A stretch of DNA of 64,000 bases, taken from NCBI GenBank assembly GCA_041912655.1, contig JAYRMP010000003.1, positions 5,711-69,710 of the forward strand, written 5' to 3'. The position numbers and the translations under genes were made by a program. Positions 10,382 through 21,829 of the stretch are shown one piece after another (positions within the stretch are counted from its first letter, which is position 1; the number at the start of each line of letters is the position of its first letter). Origin of the DNA: Novosphingobium sp. GTDB lineage: Bacteria > Pseudomonadota > Alphaproteobacteria > Sphingomonadales > Sphingomonadaceae. The notes under the pieces were generated by a model. The model had not been told where the DNA came from. It made no database searches and saw only the letters and a list, made by a program, of their open reading frames with translations.

Positions 10382-13300
10382 ATGAACTTTCGCAACATCT
10401 CGGCCTGGTCGATCCGCAACCCAGTGGTGCCGATCATCCTGTTCATCGGCCTGACCCTGGCGGGCATCGTTTCGTTCCGCGAAATGAAGATCCAGGCCGA
10501 TCCGGACATCGAATTCCCGATGGTGATCGTCACCATCGCCCAGCCCGGCGCGGCGCCAGCCGAAATCGAGAACCAGATCACCCAGCGCGTCGAAAGCGCG
10601 ATTCGCTCGATCAGCGGGGTGCAGTCGATCTCGTCCACCGCGCGCGAGGGCAACAGCCAGACCATGGTCGAGTTCCAGATCGGGACCGACATCGTCGAGG
10701 CCGTCAACGAGGTGAAGAACGCGGTCGATCAGGCGCGCGGTGAACTGCCCGACGGCATTCTCGAACCGCAGGTAATCAAGGCGCAGACATCCTCGAACGC
10801 CATCGGCTTCTTTGCGGTGACCGCCAACGACATGACCATCGAACAGCTGTCGTGGTACATCGACGACAGCATCGCCAAGCGGCTGCTGGCGATCCCGGGC
10901 ATGGCCTCGGTCGAGCGTAACGGCGGCGTGGACCGTGAAATCCTGGTCGAACTCGATCCGCCGCGGATGCAGGCGCTGGGCGTGACCGCCAGCCAGGTCA
11001 ACGCCGCGCTGCGCCAGGTCAATGTCAACACCGCCGGCGGGCGGGCCGAAGTGGCCGGATCGCGCCAGTCGGTGCGCGTGCTGGGCAACGCCAGGTCCGC
11101 CTATGAACTGTCGCAGACCGAGATCGCGCTCGGTTCCGGACGCCGGGTCAAGCTGGCCGACGTCGCCCGGGTCGAGGATCATTACGGCGAACTGACGTCC
11201 AAGGCGAAGATCAACGGGCGCGAGGTCGTGACCTTCTCGATCTCGCGTTCACGCGGGGAATCCGACGTCGCGGTCTATGACGAAACGCTCAAGGTGCTCG
11301 ACAAGATCACCAAGGAAACCAATGGAGCGGTCCAGTTCACCCGCCTCGCCACCGAGGTGGACGACGTCAAGGTGCAGTACGACAGCTCGATCGCGGCGAT
11401 GATCGAGGGCGCGGTGCTGGCGGTGATCGTGGTGTTCTTCTTCCTCCGCGACTGGCGGGCGACTTTCGTGTCAGCGCTGGCGATCCCGCTCTCGTCGATC
11501 CCGACCTTCTGGTTCATGGATCTGATGGGCTTCTCGCTCAACATGCTCAGCCTGCTGGCACTGGGCCTGGTCGCGGGGGTGCTGGTCGACGACGCCATCG
11601 TCGAGATCGAGAACATCGTGCGCCACATGCGCATGGGCAAAACCGCCTACCAGGCCTCGATCGATGCGGCGGACGAGATCGGCCTCGCGGTGGTCGCCAC
11701 CACCTTTTCGATCGTCGCAGTGTTCCTCCCCGTCGGCCTGATGCCGGGCGTCTCCGGCCAGTTCTTCAAGAACTTCGGCCTGACCGTTGTCGCGGCGGTG
11801 CTGATGAGCCTAGCCGTAGCGCGCATGATCACGCCAATGGTCGCGGCCTATTTCCTCCACGCCAAGGGACACGCCTCCCACGGTGAAGGCCGGGCGATGG
11901 ACCGGTACATGCAGGTGCTGCACTGGTCGCTCGACAACACCCGGGCGAAGGCGCTTCGCGCGCAGCTGGTGCGGGTCCGCCCGAAGCTGGCCTATTATGC
12001 GGCCCCGCTGATCGTCGGCGTGCTCGCCGCGATTGCGATGATGCTACCCAAGGGGCCACCAAGCGGTTCCGTTACGGAGCCGGTTTCGGCTACCAGCCGC
12101 TTGATGAGCGGCCTGTTCATGGGCCTGCTGCCGGGCTTCCTGATCGCCATTCCCCTCACCATCCTGATTGGCGCTGCCGTTGCGCGCTTTCATGGTGGGG
12201 GCGATGGCAACGGCTTTCTCGGCTGGGCGAATTTCAACTTCCGCCGCTTTACCGCGCGGCTGCGCGACCACCGCATCTGGATGCTGGGGATCGGGCTGGG
12301 CGCGCTGGGGATCACCGGGGTGCTGTTCACCGTGATCCCGCAGGAATTCTTCCCCCAGGGCAACGGCCAGTTCAGCCGCGCTTCGGTGGAAATGGTTCCC
12401 GGCACCACGCTTGAGCAGACCGAGGCCGTCATGGCCGAGGCCGCAGCGGTGATTGCCAAGGAAAAGGACGTGAAGTCCGTGTTCCAGCGCGTGCGCGAAG
12501 GCGGCGGCTTCCTGCTGGTCACGCTCAACGAGGATCGCGACCGGACACGCGCCGAGTTCGAGCGCGCGCTGACGCCTGAACTCCAGAAGATTCCCGACGC
12601 GCGGGTCAACTTCCAGGCCGGTGGTCCCGGACCGCCAGGAGGATCGAGCCGCGCAGTCAACGTCATGCTCTCGGGCTCCGATCCCGAAGCCCTGGCGCGC
12701 GCTTCCGCCACGCTGGTGGAGCAGATGAGCGGGCTCAAGGAAGTGGTCGCGCCGCGCGTGTCCGCTGACATGCGCCGCCCGGAAATCATCATCAAGCCGC
12801 GGCTCGACCTTGCTGCCAGCCTGGGCGTCACCACGACTTCGCTCAGCCAGGCGATTCGCGTCGCCACCCAGGGCGAGATCGACCAGAACGCAGCCAAGTT
12901 CTCGCTGTCGGACCGCCAGGTGCCGATCCGGGTCAAGCTGCCGATCGAATCGCGTCGCAGCCTCGACACGATCCGCAACCTGCCGGTGCCAACCGCCAGT
13001 GGCGGTTCGGTACCGCTGTCGCGCGTCGCCGAAATCGGGTTCGGTTCAGGCCCGACCTCGATCCAGCGCTACAACCAGAGCCGCCGCGTGTTCGTGGGTG
13101 CCGACCTTGCCCCGGGCGTGGTCAAGGGGCAGGCCGACAAGGCCATCGCCAAGCTGCCGATCATGCAGAACCTGCCGCAGGGCATTTCCAACGCGCCGTT
13201 CGGCCAGGACGAATGGCAGCAGGAAATGATCGCCAACTTCGCCAAGGCCCTGGTGGCGGGCGTGCTGCTGGTCTTCTCGGTGCTGGTGCTGCTCTACCAC

Positions 13301-13834
13301 CGCTTCGTGTCGCCGCTGGTCAACATGGGTTCGTTGTTCCTCGCCCCGTTCGGCGGTCTGCTCGCGCTGGCGATTGCCGGCCAGCCGATCTCGATGCCTG
13401 TGTTCATCGGCATCCTGATGCTGTTCGGGATCGTTGCGAAGAACTCGATCCTGCTGATCGACTTCGCGATTGAGGAGATGGCCACCGGGCGGAACAAGCA
13501 CGACGCGATCATCGAGGCCGGGCACAAGCGCGCCCAGCCGATCGTGATGACCACGGTGGCGATGGTCGCGGGCATGGTTCCCACGGCGCTTTCGCTGGCG
13601 GGCGATTCTGCCTGGCGCGCACCGATGGGCACCGTGGTGATCGGCGGGCTGATCGTCTCGACGCTGTTGACCCTGCTGATCGTGCCTGCCGGTTTCAGCC
13701 TGGCTGATGGACTCGAGAAGCGGCTTGGGCCAAGGCTCAGGCGCATGTTCCTGACCTATGATCCCCGCTACGACAAGGAAGGCGCACCGCCGCGCCCGGG
13801 CGAGGACGAAGGCCGGGTCATGCCGGCGGAGTGA
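10382..13834 (+). CDS. RND efflux permease (AcrB/AcrD/AcrF family)
   Basis: [52 protein letters not shown]; 1150 aa, longer than usual. Confidence 0.95.
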   Translation: MNFRNISAWSIRNPVVPIILFIGLTLAGIVSFREMKIQADPDIEFPMVIVTIAQPGAAPAEIENQITQRVESAIRSISGVQSISSTAREGNSQTMVEFQIGTDIVEAVNEVKNAVDQARGELPDGILEPQVIKAQTSSNAIGFFAVTANDMTIEQLSWYIDDSIAKRLLAIPGMASVERNGGVDREILVELDPPRMQALGVTASQVNAALRQVNVNTAGGRAEVAGSRQSVRVLGNARSAYELSQTEIALGSGRRVKLADVARVEDHYGELTSKAKINGREVVTFSISRSRGESDVAVYDETLKVLDKITKETNGAVQFTRLATEVDDVKVQYDSSIAAMIEGAVLAVIVVFFFLRDWRATFVSALAIPLSSIPTFWFMDLMGFSLNMLSLLALGLVAGVLVDDAIVEIENIVRHMRMGKTAYQASIDAADEIGLAVVATTFSIVAVFLPVGLMPGVSGQFFKNFGLTVVAAVLMSLAVARMITPMVAAYFLHAKGHASHGEGRAMDRYMQVLHWSLDNTRAKALRAQLVRVRPKLAYYAAPLIVGVLAAIAMMLPKGPPSGSVTEPVSATSRLMSGLFMGLLPGFLIAIPLTILIGAAVARFHGGGDGNGFLGWANFNFRRFTARLRDHRIWMLGIGLGALGITGVLFTVIPQEFFPQGNGQFSRASVEMVPGTTLEQTEAVMAEAAAVIAKEKDVKSVFQRVREGGGFLLVTLNEDRDRTRAEFERALTPELQKIPDARVNFQAGGPGPPGGSSRAVNVMLSGSDPEALARASATLVEQMSGLKEVVAPRVSADMRRPEIIIKPRLDLAASLGVTTTSLSQAIRVATQGEIDQNAAKFSLSDRQVPIRVKLPIESRRSLDTIRNLPVPTASGGSVPLSRVAEIGFGSGPTSIQRYNQSRRVFVGADLAPGVVKGQADKAIAKLPIMQNLPQGISNAPFGQDEWQQEMIANFAKALVAGVLLVFSVLVLLYHRFVSPLVNMGSLFLAPFGGLLALAIAGQPISMPVFIGILMLFGIVAKNSILLIDFAIEEMATGRNKHDAIIEAGHKRAQPIVMTTVAMVAGMVPTALSLAGDSAWRAPMGTVVIGGLIVSTLLTLLIVPAGFSLADGLEKRLGPRLRRMFLTYDPRYDKEGAPPRPGEDEGRVMPAE

Positions 13835-15099
13835 CCATGGCCGCCCCCGCGCTGCCGCGCGGCGGCCTGCCAGCCGATCGGGCGCGGCAGATGCGCATGA
13901 CCGCGACCGGACTGCTGGTCGCCATGGGCGCGCTGTTCCTGATCGCCCGGCACTTTGCGGGGTTGCATCCGGCCTGGGGCTATGTCCTGGCCTTCAGCGA
14001 GGCCGCGATGGTCGGCGGGCTGGCGGACTGGTTCGCGGTTACCGCGCTGTTCCGCCACCCGCTCGGCCTGCCGATCCCGCACACCGCGATCATTCCCGAG
14101 AACAAGGATCGCATCGCCGATACGATGGCGGCCTTCCTGCGCGAGAATTTCCTGACCCCCCAGGTCGTCGCCCGGCGACTCGCCAACATGAACCTTGCCG
14201 CCGCGGCGGGGGACTGGCTGGCCGACCCGGCGCGGGGCGGCAGCACCCGGCTGCGCGACGGGGCGGCGGAACTGGCCGCGCAAGTGCTCGAATCGCTCGA
14301 TCCCGAACGGCTCGGCACCCAGGTGCGGAGCGGGCTGTTCCGCCAGATCGACAAGCTGGAAGTCGCGCCGCTGCTCGGCCAGATGCTGAACACCGCGATT
14401 GTCGATGGACGGCACATGCCGGTGATCGATTCGCTGGTCCGCTGGGCCGGGCTGACGCTCGAAGACAACGAGGACCTGATTCGCGACCTGATTCACCGCC
14501 GCGCCAATGCCGTGCTGCGCTGGACCGGACTGGACGAAAAGCTCGCCAATTCGGTGCTCGACGGGCTCTACAAGCTGCTCGCCGAAGTGATCGTCGATCC
14601 CCAGCACCCGCTGCGCGGCAAGATCGAGGAAGGCCTCGCCAAGCTGTCGCAGGATCTCCAGCACGATGCCGAGCTGCGTGGGCGGGTCGAGCGGCTGAAG
14701 GGCGAACTGATCGCCAATCCCGCCGTGTCGACCTGGTGGCAGGGGGTGTGGGAGCGGCTGCGCACCGCGATGCTCGCCCGCCTGCGCCGCCCGGCGGGCA
14801 GCGGCGAGGGCCAGTTTACCGAGGCACTGGCTGAGCTCGGCCGCCATCTGCGCGATGATCCCGCGCTGCAATTGCAGATCAACCGCTTCGCCCGCCGCAC
14901 CGTGGTCGGCATCTCGGTGCGCTACGGCGACCAGATCGTCCGGCTGGTGTCGGAAACGGTCAAGCGCTGGGACGCGGCGACCGTAACCGACCGGATCGAG
15001 GGCGCGGTGGGCCGCGATCTCCAGTTCATCCGGATCAACGGCACGCTGGTCGGCGGGCTGGTCGGGGTGGTGATTCACGTGGTCGACCAGCTGCTGTGA
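13831..15099 (+). CDS. DUF445 family membrane protein
   Basis: EAAMVGGLADWFAVTALFRHPLGLPIPHTAIIP and GRDLQFIRINGTLVGGLVG. Confidence 0.92.
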   Translation: MTMAAPALPRGGLPADRARQMRMTATGLLVAMGALFLIARHFAGLHPAWGYVLAFSEAAMVGGLADWFAVTALFRHPLGLPIPHTAIIPENKDRIADTMAAFLRENFLTPQVVARRLANMNLAAAAGDWLADPARGGSTRLRDGAAELAAQVLESLDPERLGTQVRSGLFRQIDKLEVAPLLGQMLNTAIVDGRHMPVIDSLVRWAGLTLEDNEDLIRDLIHRRANAVLRWTGLDEKLANSVLDGLYKLLAEVIVDPQHPLRGKIEEGLAKLSQDLQHDAELRGRVERLKGELIANPAVSTWWQGVWERLRTAMLARLRRPAGSGEGQFTEALAELGRHLRDDPALQLQINRFARRTVVGISVRYGDQIVRLVSETVKRWDAATVTDRIEGAVGRDLQFIRINGTLVGGLVGVVIHVVDQLL

Positions 15100-15623
15100 G
15101 CGGGCCGCTGCTCACCACCGCCCGGCTGGAGCTGTGGCAGCCGCAGGCGGGCGACCTCGCCGATCTGTTCGACTTGACCCGCGATGACGAAACCCGCCGC
15201 TTCCTTGGCAGCTTCGTGCCCAGCGAAATGGATGCCTTCGCGCGCCTTTACCGCAATGCCGGATCGTGGGCGCTGCATGGCTACGGAACCTTCATGATCC
15301 GTCTGAAGGGCGAGGCGCGGATCGTCGCCAACTGCGGCGTGTTCCGCAGCCACCGGGGCTTTGGCCCCGAAAGCGGCATGGACAACGTGGCCGAGGCGGG
15401 CTGGATCGTCCACAAGGACTACTGGGGCACCGGCCTCGCCCGCGAAGCGATGGAGGCTGCGCTCGGCTGGTTCGATGCAACCCATGGCCGGCAGCGGATC
15501 GCCTGCATGATCGAGCAGGGCCATGCCGCGTCGGACGCGCTGGCCGGCAAGCTGGGCTTCGTGCGCTATGGTACATACCAGCCGGAGAGCGGTGCGCCGC
15601 TGGTACTTTACGAGCGGCTCTAG
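15096..15623 (+). CDS. GNAT N-acetyltransferase (RimJ/RimL type)
   Basis: LTTARLEL, W.LHGYG, EAGW....YWGTGLAREA, AS..LAGKLGF. Confidence 0.85.
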   Translation: MSGPLLTTARLELWQPQAGDLADLFDLTRDDETRRFLGSFVPSEMDAFARLYRNAGSWALHGYGTFMIRLKGEARIVANCGVFRSHRGFGPESGMDNVAEAGWIVHKDYWGTGLAREAMEAALGWFDATHGRQRIACMIEQGHAASDALAGKLGFVRYGTYQPESGAPLVLYERL

Positions 15624-15641
15624 AAGCGCGGGGAGGGGCAG

Positions 15642-16661
15642 GTGCAGCACAGGATGGGGCCGGGCGACCTGCTCGACAGGGCGGGCCAGCTGATCGAGCG
15701 AGGCTGGGCCTCGGCAGAGGTGCGGCGCTATGACCGGCGGGCAATCCGCGCCAGCAGCTGGCGGATCAAGGAGTGGGATTACTACTGCATCCTGACGGAC
15801 GATCACGCGCTCGCGCTGACGGTTGCGGACAATGGCTACCTGGGGTTCCTCGGCCTGTCGTGGATGGACCTCAAGGCCGGAACGGCGGTCAACCACGGCG
15901 CGGTGCGGCCGTTTCCCTTCGGGCGGATGCAGATGCCGGGGAGCGCCGATTACGGCGACATCGACCAGCGCCACGGGGGCGTTCAGCTGTCATTCCGGCA
16001 CGAGGCAGGCGGGCGCAGGCTGGCGTTCGCCGCCCCCGGGTTCGATGGCGGGAAGGGCCTGTCGGGCGAGATCCTGCTCGAACAGCCGCAGGACGATCGC
16101 ATGGTGATTGCCACGCCGTTTCCGGATGCTCCGCGCGCGTTCTACTACAACCAGAAGCTCAATTGCCTGCCCGCATCGGGTCACGCGCAGCTGGGCAGCG
16201 AGCGGATCGAGTTCACGCCGGACCGCGCCTTCGCCGTGCTCGATTGGGGGCGCGGAGTCTGGACCTGGGACAACACCTGGTACTGGGGCTCGGCCTCCGG
16301 GCTGCACCAGGGGCGCCGCTTCGGCTTCAATATCGGTCATGGCTTCGGCGATACCAGGGCGGCCAGCGAGAACATGCTGTTCCTCGACGGCAAGGCGCAC
16401 AAGCTGGCCGAGGTGACCTTTCATTTGCCGGAAGGGCCGGTTGATGCGGAGGACTGGCATTTCACCAGCAGCGATGGGCGGTTCGAAATGGCTTTCACTC
16501 CCATCGTCAACCGGCACGACCGCGTCGCGATCGGACCGTTCCTGACCGACCAGGACCAGGTCTTTGGCCGCTACCACGGCAGGGCGGTTCTGGACGATGG
16601 CACGGTGCTCGAGGTGGACGGCCTCACCGGCTTTGCGGAGCGGGTCCACAACCGCTGGTGA
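15642..16661 (+). CDS. DUF2804 family protein
   Basis: [44 protein letters not shown]...ASEN, QVFGRY.G, GFAE.VHNRW. Confidence 0.82.
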   Translation: MQHRMGPGDLLDRAGQLIERGWASAEVRRYDRRAIRASSWRIKEWDYYCILTDDHALALTVADNGYLGFLGLSWMDLKAGTAVNHGAVRPFPFGRMQMPGSADYGDIDQRHGGVQLSFRHEAGGRRLAFAAPGFDGGKGLSGEILLEQPQDDRMVIATPFPDAPRAFYYNQKLNCLPASGHAQLGSERIEFTPDRAFAVLDWGRGVWTWDNTWYWGSASGLHQGRRFGFNIGHGFGDTRAASENMLFLDGKAHKLAEVTFHLPEGPVDAEDWHFTSSDGRFEMAFTPIVNRHDRVAIGPFLTDQDQVFGRYHGRAVLDDGTVLEVDGLTGFAERVHNRW

Positions 16662-16667
16662 CCAACG

Positions 16668-16696
16668 AAAAAGGCCCCGCCGAAGCGGGGCCTTGT
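16668..16696. terminator. Intrinsic terminator between convergent DUF2804 and etfA
   Basis: AAAAAGGCCCCGC-CGAA-GCGGGGCCTTGT perfect hairpin; U-tract on the minus strand. Confidence 0.8.
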
Positions 16697-16718
16697 CCGT
16701 TTCACGCTATCGCGCTGT

Positions 16719-17648
16719 TCAGAGCTTGCTGGTGAGTTCCGGCACGGCAGTGAACAGGTCCGCGACGAGGCCGATGTCGGCGACCTGGAAGATCGGCGCG
16801 TCCTCGTCCTTGTTGATGGCGATGATGGTCTTGGAGTCCTTCATGCCGGCGAGGTGCTGGATCGCACCCGAGATACCGACTGCGACGTAGACTTCCGGAG
16901 CGACGATCTTGCCGGTCTGGCCGACCTGGTAGTCGTTCGGGACATAGCCCGCGTCGACCGCAGCGCGGCTGGCGCCGACGCCGGCACCCAGCTTGTCCGC
17001 CAGCGGGAAGATGACCTGCTGGAAAGTGTCCGCGTCCTTGAGGGCGCGGCCGCCCGAGACGATGATCTTGGCCGAGGTCAGTTCCGGACGCTCGCTCTTG
17101 GCGATTTCCGAGCCGACGAAGGTCGACAGGCCCGAAGCGCCCGTGCCCGAAACGGCTTCAACCGCGCCCGAACCGCCGGTGGCAGCAGCCTTGGCGAAGG
17201 CGGTGCCGCGCACGGTGATGACCAGCTTGGCATCGCTCGATTCGACAGTGGCGATGGCATTGCCGGCATAAATCGGACGGGTGAAGGTCTTGGGGCCTTC
17301 GACCGAGAGGATTTCCGACACCTGCATCACGTCGAGCAGCGCGGCGACGCGCGGCGCGATGTTCTTGGCGGTGGTGGTGGCGGTCGCGACGAAGGCGTCG
17401 TGATCGGCCATCAGGCCCGCAACCAGCGGCGCGACATTTTCGGCCAGCGCGTTGGCATAGGCGGCGTCATCGGCGACATGGACCTTGCCGACGCCGGCGA
17501 TCTGCGCGGCGGCCTGCGCCACGGCGGCGCAGCCCGAACCGGCGACCAGCAGGTGAACCTCACCCAGCTGCGAAGCGGCGGTGACGGCCGCCAGGGTGGC
17601 GTCCTTGACGGCGGCGTTGTCGTGTTCGACCCAAACGAGCGTCTTCAT
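16719..17648 (-). CDS. etfA: Electron transfer flavoprotein alpha subunit
   Basis: [48 protein letters not shown]. Confidence 0.97.
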   Translation of the reverse strand: MKTLVWVEHDNAAVKDATLAAVTAASQLGEVHLLVAGSGCAAVAQAAAQIAGVGKVHVADDAAYANALAENVAPLVAGLMADHDAFVATATTTAKNIAPRVAALLDVMQVSEILSVEGPKTFTRPIYAGNAIATVESSDAKLVITVRGTAFAKAAATGGSGAVEAVSGTGASGLSTFVGSEIAKSERPELTSAKIIVSGGRALKDADTFQQVIFPLADKLGAGVGASRAAVDAGYVPNDYQVGQTGKIVAPEVYVAVGISGAIQHLAGMKDSKTIIAINKDEDAPIFQVADIGLVADLFTAVPELTSKL

Positions 17649-18400
17649 CAGGCGACTCCCATTTCCTTGAGCTTGGCGACGAGGGCATCCACGTCTGCCA
17701 CCTTGATGCCGGCGCTGCGCACCGGCGGTTCGCTGACCTTGAGGGTCTTGAGGCGCGGCGCGACATCGACGCCGTAGTCGGCCGGGGCCTTGGTGGCGAG
17801 CGGCTTGGACTTGGCCTTCATGATGTTGGGCAGCGAGGCATAGCGCGGTTCGTTGAGGCGCAGGTCGGTGGTGACCACGGCCGGCAGCGCCAGCTTGACG
17901 GTTTCCAGACCGCCGTCGATTTCGCGCTTCACGACGACCGAATCGCCTTCCACGGTAACCTCGTTGGCAAAGGTGCCCTGCGGACGGCCGAGCAGCGCGG
18001 CGACCATCTGGCCGACCTGGTTGCTGTCATCGTCGATCGCCTGCTTGCCGGTGATGATCAGGCCCGGGGCCTCTTCATCGGCGACGCCCTTGACGATCTT
18101 GGCGACCGCGAGGGGTTCAACTTCGACGCCGTCGTCGACCTGGACCAGCACGGCGCGGTCCGCACCCATCGCCAGCGCGGTGCGCAGCGTTTCCTGGGCC
18201 TTGGCCGGACCGACCGAAAGCGCCACGATTTCGGTAACCACGCCCTTTTCCTTCAGGCGGATGGCTTCCTCGACGGCGATTTCGTCGAACGGGTTCATGC
18301 TCATCTTAACATTGGCGAGATCGACGCCCGTGCCGTCGGACTTGACCCGCGGCTTCACGTTATAGTCGATCACGCGCTTCACGCAGACCAGGGCTTTCAT
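17648..18400 (-). CDS. etfB: Electron transfer flavoprotein beta subunit
   Basis: [50 protein letters not shown]. Confidence 0.97.
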   Translation of the reverse strand: MKALVCVKRVIDYNVKPRVKSDGTGVDLANVKMSMNPFDEIAVEEAIRLKEKGVVTEIVALSVGPAKAQETLRTALAMGADRAVLVQVDDGVEVEPLAVAKIVKGVADEEAPGLIITGKQAIDDDSNQVGQMVAALLGRPQGTFANEVTVEGDSVVVKREIDGGLETVKLALPAVVTTDLRLNEPRYASLPNIMKAKSKPLATKAPADYGVDVAPRLKTLKVSEPPVRSAGIKVADVDALVAKLKEMGVA

Positions 18401-18447
18401 CAGTTCAAGCCTTTCCCATGAGATTGCTGCACCGCCGCATAGTTATC

Positions 18448-18465
18448 GTTTACGTAAACGTCAAC
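18448..18465. promoter_or_regulatory. LiuR-type operator overlapping the -35 of etfB
   Basis: GTTTACGTAAACGTCAAC is a near-perfect match to the sTTTACGTwwACGTAAAs palindrome; the minus strand reads TTGACG at 18464-18459. Confidence 0.72.
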
Positions 18466-18617
18466 TGACCATTTAGCCGTGCACTTAAACGTGCGAACGG
18501 CATCGCCATTGCCGCGCATTTCCATGCGGTCAAGAGTGGAATCCGGCAGCCATGCCGCAATTGTGCAGTTGCAGCGCGGCGATTGTAAGCGCCGCTGACG
18601 GCCTTTGCAGCGGGCTG

Positions 18618-18659
18618 AAAGAAAAGGGCCGGTTCCGCCTGCTGCGGAACCGGCCCCTT
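18618..18659 (-). terminator. Intrinsic terminator of sucC
   Basis: GGGCCGGTTCCGC-5 nt-GCGGAACCGGCCC, followed on the minus strand by TTTTCTTT. Confidence 0.82.
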
Positions 18660-18682
18660 GCTTGCCGTCAGGTCGCAGGCGC

Positions 18683-19879
18683 TCAGGCGGCCTTGCGCAC
18701 TTCCGCGACGATCTTCTTCGCGGCGTCGCCGAGATCGGCGGCCGAGACGATCGGCAGGCCCGAACCTTCGAGGATCTGCTTGCCCTGTTCGACGTTGGTG
18801 CCTTCGAGGCGGACCACCAGCGGAACCGACAGGTTCACTTCCTTTGCCGCCGCGACGATGCCGTCGGCGATGATGTCGCACTTCATGATCCCGCCGAAAA
18901 TATTGACGAGGATGCCCTTCACCGCCGGATCCTTGAGAATGATCTTGAAGGCCGCCGTGACCTTTTCCTTCGAAGCGCCGCCGCCGACGTCGAGGAAGTT
19001 GGCCGGGAATTCGCCGTTCAGCTTGATGATGTCCATCGTTGCCATGGCGAGGCCCGCGCCATTCACCATGCAGCCGATGTTGCCGTCGAGCTTGATGTAG
19101 GCGAGGTCGTACTTGCTGGCCTCGATTTCGGCCGGGTCTTCCTCGGTCTCGTCGCGCAGTTCCATCACGTCGGGGTGACGGTAGAGCGCGTTCGAATCGA
19201 AGCTCATCTTGGTGTCGAGCACCAGCAGCTTGCCATCCGATTCGGCGAGCGGGTTGATTTCGATCATCGAGCAGTCGAGCGCCATGAACGCATCGTACAG
19301 CTGCTTGCCCAGCACCTGGGCCTGCTTGTTGAGATCGCCCTTGAGCTTGAGGCCGAAGGCCAGCGCGCGGCCGTGGTGCGGCATGAAGCCTTCAGCCGGG
19401 TCGATGGTGATGGTGGTGATCTTTTCCGGAGTCTCGTGAGCGACGTCCTCGATGCTCATCCCGCCTTCGGTGCTGGCGATCATCGCGATCCGGCCAGTGG
19501 CACGGTCGACCAGCATCGACAGGTAGTATTCCTTGCCGATGTCGACGCCGTCGGTGATGTACAGGCGGTTGACCTGCTTGCCGGCGTCGCCGGTCTGGAT
19601 CGTCACCAGGGTGTTGCCGAGCATTTCGCGGGCGTGGCTTTCCACTTCCTCGATGCTCTTGGCGAGGCGCACGCCGCCCTTGGCATCGGGGCCGAGTTCC
19701 TTGAACTTGCCCTTGCCGCGCCCGCCGGCGTGAATCTGCGACTTCACGACATAGAGCGGCCCGGGCAGCTGCTTCGCGGCAGCGACGGCCTCTTCCACGG
19801 TGAGCGCGGGGATCCCCGCGGGAATGGCGATGCCGAACTTGGCGAGCAGTTCCTTGCCCTGGTACTCGTGAATGTTCAT
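18683..19879 (-). CDS. sucC: Succinyl-CoA ligase beta subunit
   Basis: [64 protein letters not shown]. Confidence 0.97.
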   Translation of the reverse strand: MNIHEYQGKELLAKFGIAIPAGIPALTVEEAVAAAKQLPGPLYVVKSQIHAGGRGKGKFKELGPDAKGGVRLAKSIEEVESHAREMLGNTLVTIQTGDAGKQVNRLYITDGVDIGKEYYLSMLVDRATGRIAMIASTEGGMSIEDVAHETPEKITTITIDPAEGFMPHHGRALAFGLKLKGDLNKQAQVLGKQLYDAFMALDCSMIEINPLAESDGKLLVLDTKMSFDSNALYRHPDVMELRDETEEDPAEIEASKYDLAYIKLDGNIGCMVNGAGLAMATMDIIKLNGEFPANFLDVGGGASKEKVTAAFKIILKDPAVKGILVNIFGGIMKCDIIADGIVAAAKEVNLSVPLVVRLEGTNVEQGKQILEGSGLPIVSAADLGDAAKKIVAEVRKAA

Positions 19880-20052
19880 GGGTCTCGATCTCCGGGGGGA
19901 GGTAAGCCGTAAGGCCGAAGGTGCGGCGCCGCATAAGCACATCAGGGCGGGCTTGAAAAGGCCCCTAGTCGCGCGATTAAATCGACGCTTGCAGGGCGTA
20001 TGGCCCTGGCAAGGCTTGCCAAGGCGCGCGGGCTTGCCCAAGTTCGACCGCG

Positions 20053-20835
20053 ATGATCGACCGCGCGCGCCTGGAGATGATCGTTCGCGAAGCGGGACGA
20101 ATCGCTTTCGATCGCTGGCCGGGGGCGGGCCATGCGCTCGAAGCCTGGGAAAAGCACCCCGGAAGTCCGGTGAGCGAGGCGGACCTGGCGGTCGATGCCT
20201 TCCTCAAGCGCGAATTGGGCGCGCTGCTGCCGGCGGCGGGCTGGCTTTCGGAAGAAACGGTCGATGCGCCCGAGCGGCTGGAAGGCGGGCTGATCTGGCT
20301 GGTCGACCCGATCGACGGGACGCGCGACTTCATCCGCGGGCGCACCGGCTGGGCGGTTTCGGTCGCGCTGATCAGCGCGGGGCGACCCTTGCTCGGCATG
20401 CTCGAGGCCCCGGCGCGCGGGGAGTTCTGGCAGGGCGTGGCGGGGCAGGGATCGTGGCGCAATGGCTTGCGGCTGGTGGCCAGCCAGCGCAAGCAGCTGT
20501 CCGGCGCGCGGGTGCCGGCCCATGTCCTGCCGAAAATCGACGCGGACCTGACTCCGGTAGACCAGCCCAATTCGATCGCCCTGCGCCTTGCCATGGTCGC
20601 CGCCGACGAGGCCGACCTGCTGGCAACCCTGCGCTGGGGGTTCGAATGGGACATCGGCGCCGCCGCCCTGATCGCGCGCGAGGCGGGGGCAGTGGTGACC
20701 GACGTGTTCGGCGAACCGCTCAACTACAACAAGCGCGATCCGCGCGCCTTCGGCGTGCTGGCAACCGCCCCGGCGATTCATGCCGCCGCGGTCGAGCGGC
20801 TGGCCGGACGGGCAAGGGAACTGGCGAAGGAATAG
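20053..20835 (+). CDS. cysQ: 3'(2'),5'-bisphosphate nucleotidase / inositol monophosphatase family
   Basis: [39 protein letters not shown]. Confidence 0.8.
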   Translation: MIDRARLEMIVREAGRIAFDRWPGAGHALEAWEKHPGSPVSEADLAVDAFLKRELGALLPAAGWLSEETVDAPERLEGGLIWLVDPIDGTRDFIRGRTGWAVSVALISAGRPLLGMLEAPARGEFWQGVAGQGSWRNGLRLVASQRKQLSGARVPAHVLPKIDADLTPVDQPNSIALRLAMVAADEADLLATLRWGFEWDIGAAALIAREAGAVVTDVFGEPLNYNKRDPRAFGVLATAPAIHAAAVERLAGRARELAKE

Positions 20836-20855
20836 TCCTTCGCATCATCCATTTT

Positions 20856-20938
20856 TCGTCATTGCGAGACCGCGGGCCGAAGCAATCCAGGTCGGCTTCA
20901 GGCTGTCCTGGATTGCTTCGCTACGCTCGCAATGACGA
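20856..20938. repeat. CGTC-tagged palindromic (REP/RPE-like) element
   Basis: TCGTCATTGCGAG...CGAAGCAATCCAGG...CCTGGATTGCTTCG...CTCGCAATGACGA: nested 13- and 14-bp inverted repeats between convergent genes. Confidence 0.85.
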
Positions 20939-20968
20939 CGAGGTCGGGCGCAGCGGTTTCCGGCGGCT

Positions 20969-21661
20969 CTACTGCCCCGAACGCGCCGCCTGGACATCTT
21001 CGGTGGTTACCGGCACGATCTTGATCTCGACCCGGCGGTTCTTCTGGCGGCCATCGGCGGTGTCGTTGCTGGCGATCGGCATCGTCTCGCCAAAGCCCTG
21101 GCTGCGCAGCCGCGCCGCCGGGACCCCGCGTGAGACCAGGTAATTGAGCACGGTCCGCGCGCGGTTTTCCGAAAGGGTCTGGTTAAAGGCGTCCGATCCG
21201 GTGGAGTCGGTGTGGCCATAGACGTCGATCAGGCTGTTAGGATACTGGATCAGGCTTTCCGCCACCTTGTCCAGCGTGGCGCGGAATTCTGGGCGCAGGG
21301 TGTAGCTGCCGACGTCGAAGGTCACGCCATCGGGCAGGTTGACCAGGATCGCGCTGCCGTTGTCGGTTTCGGTCACATCGACCCCGGAACCGGCGGTCTG
21401 TTCCTTGAGCTCCTTGATCTGCTTGTCCATCTGGTAGCCGACCACGCCGCCCGCGACGCCGCCGATGCCTGCGCCGACGATGCGCCCGGTCTTGCCGCCG
21501 ATCAGCCCGCCCAGCAGCGCGCCGGCGACGGCGCCGCCAACCCCGCCGATCGCGGTGCGGGACACCTTCCTCTCCCCGGTGTTGGGATCGGTCACGCAGG
21601 CGGACACGGTCAGGAGCGAAAATGCGGCAAAGCTGGAAACCAGCAATCTGGACTTCATCAT
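20969..21661 (-). CDS. OmpA-family lipoprotein with glycine zipper (YiaD-like)
   Basis: Lipobox VSAC, Gly zipper, YQMDKQ, GHTDSTGS...N..LSENRA, GFGETMPIASN...NRRVEI. Confidence 0.92.
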   Translation of the reverse strand: MMKSRLLVSSFAAFSLLTVSACVTDPNTGERKVSRTAIGGVGGAVAGALLGGLIGGKTGRIVGAGIGGVAGGVVGYQMDKQIKELKEQTAGSGVDVTETDNGSAILVNLPDGVTFDVGSYTLRPEFRATLDKVAESLIQYPNSLIDVYGHTDSTGSDAFNQTLSENRARTVLNYLVSRGVPAARLRSQGFGETMPIASNDTADGRQKNRRVEIKIVPVTTEDVQAARSGQ

Positions 21662-21829
21662 GGTGCAAACCCCTCGCTTTTAAGAGCAATTGTGCCAACA
21701 GGTTAACCGCGCCATTGTGAACGCGGGATGGACTGGCATCTGAGAAACGGCTGGAACGCGGCAGGGTTCCCCGCACCTCCCTCCTGCGCCCCCTTCGCCT
21801 GAAGCCGCAAACCTGCTAGGCCCTGACCC

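Noticed and set aside
18683-19879. sucC without an adjacent sucD
   Set aside because: As I recall, separation of sucC from mdh-sucD-sucAB is usual in sphingomonads, so it is not a novelty
21440-21560. Repetitive GCC/CCG-rich tract
   Set aside because: It is the glycine-zipper coding region of the OmpA protein, not a DNA repeat array
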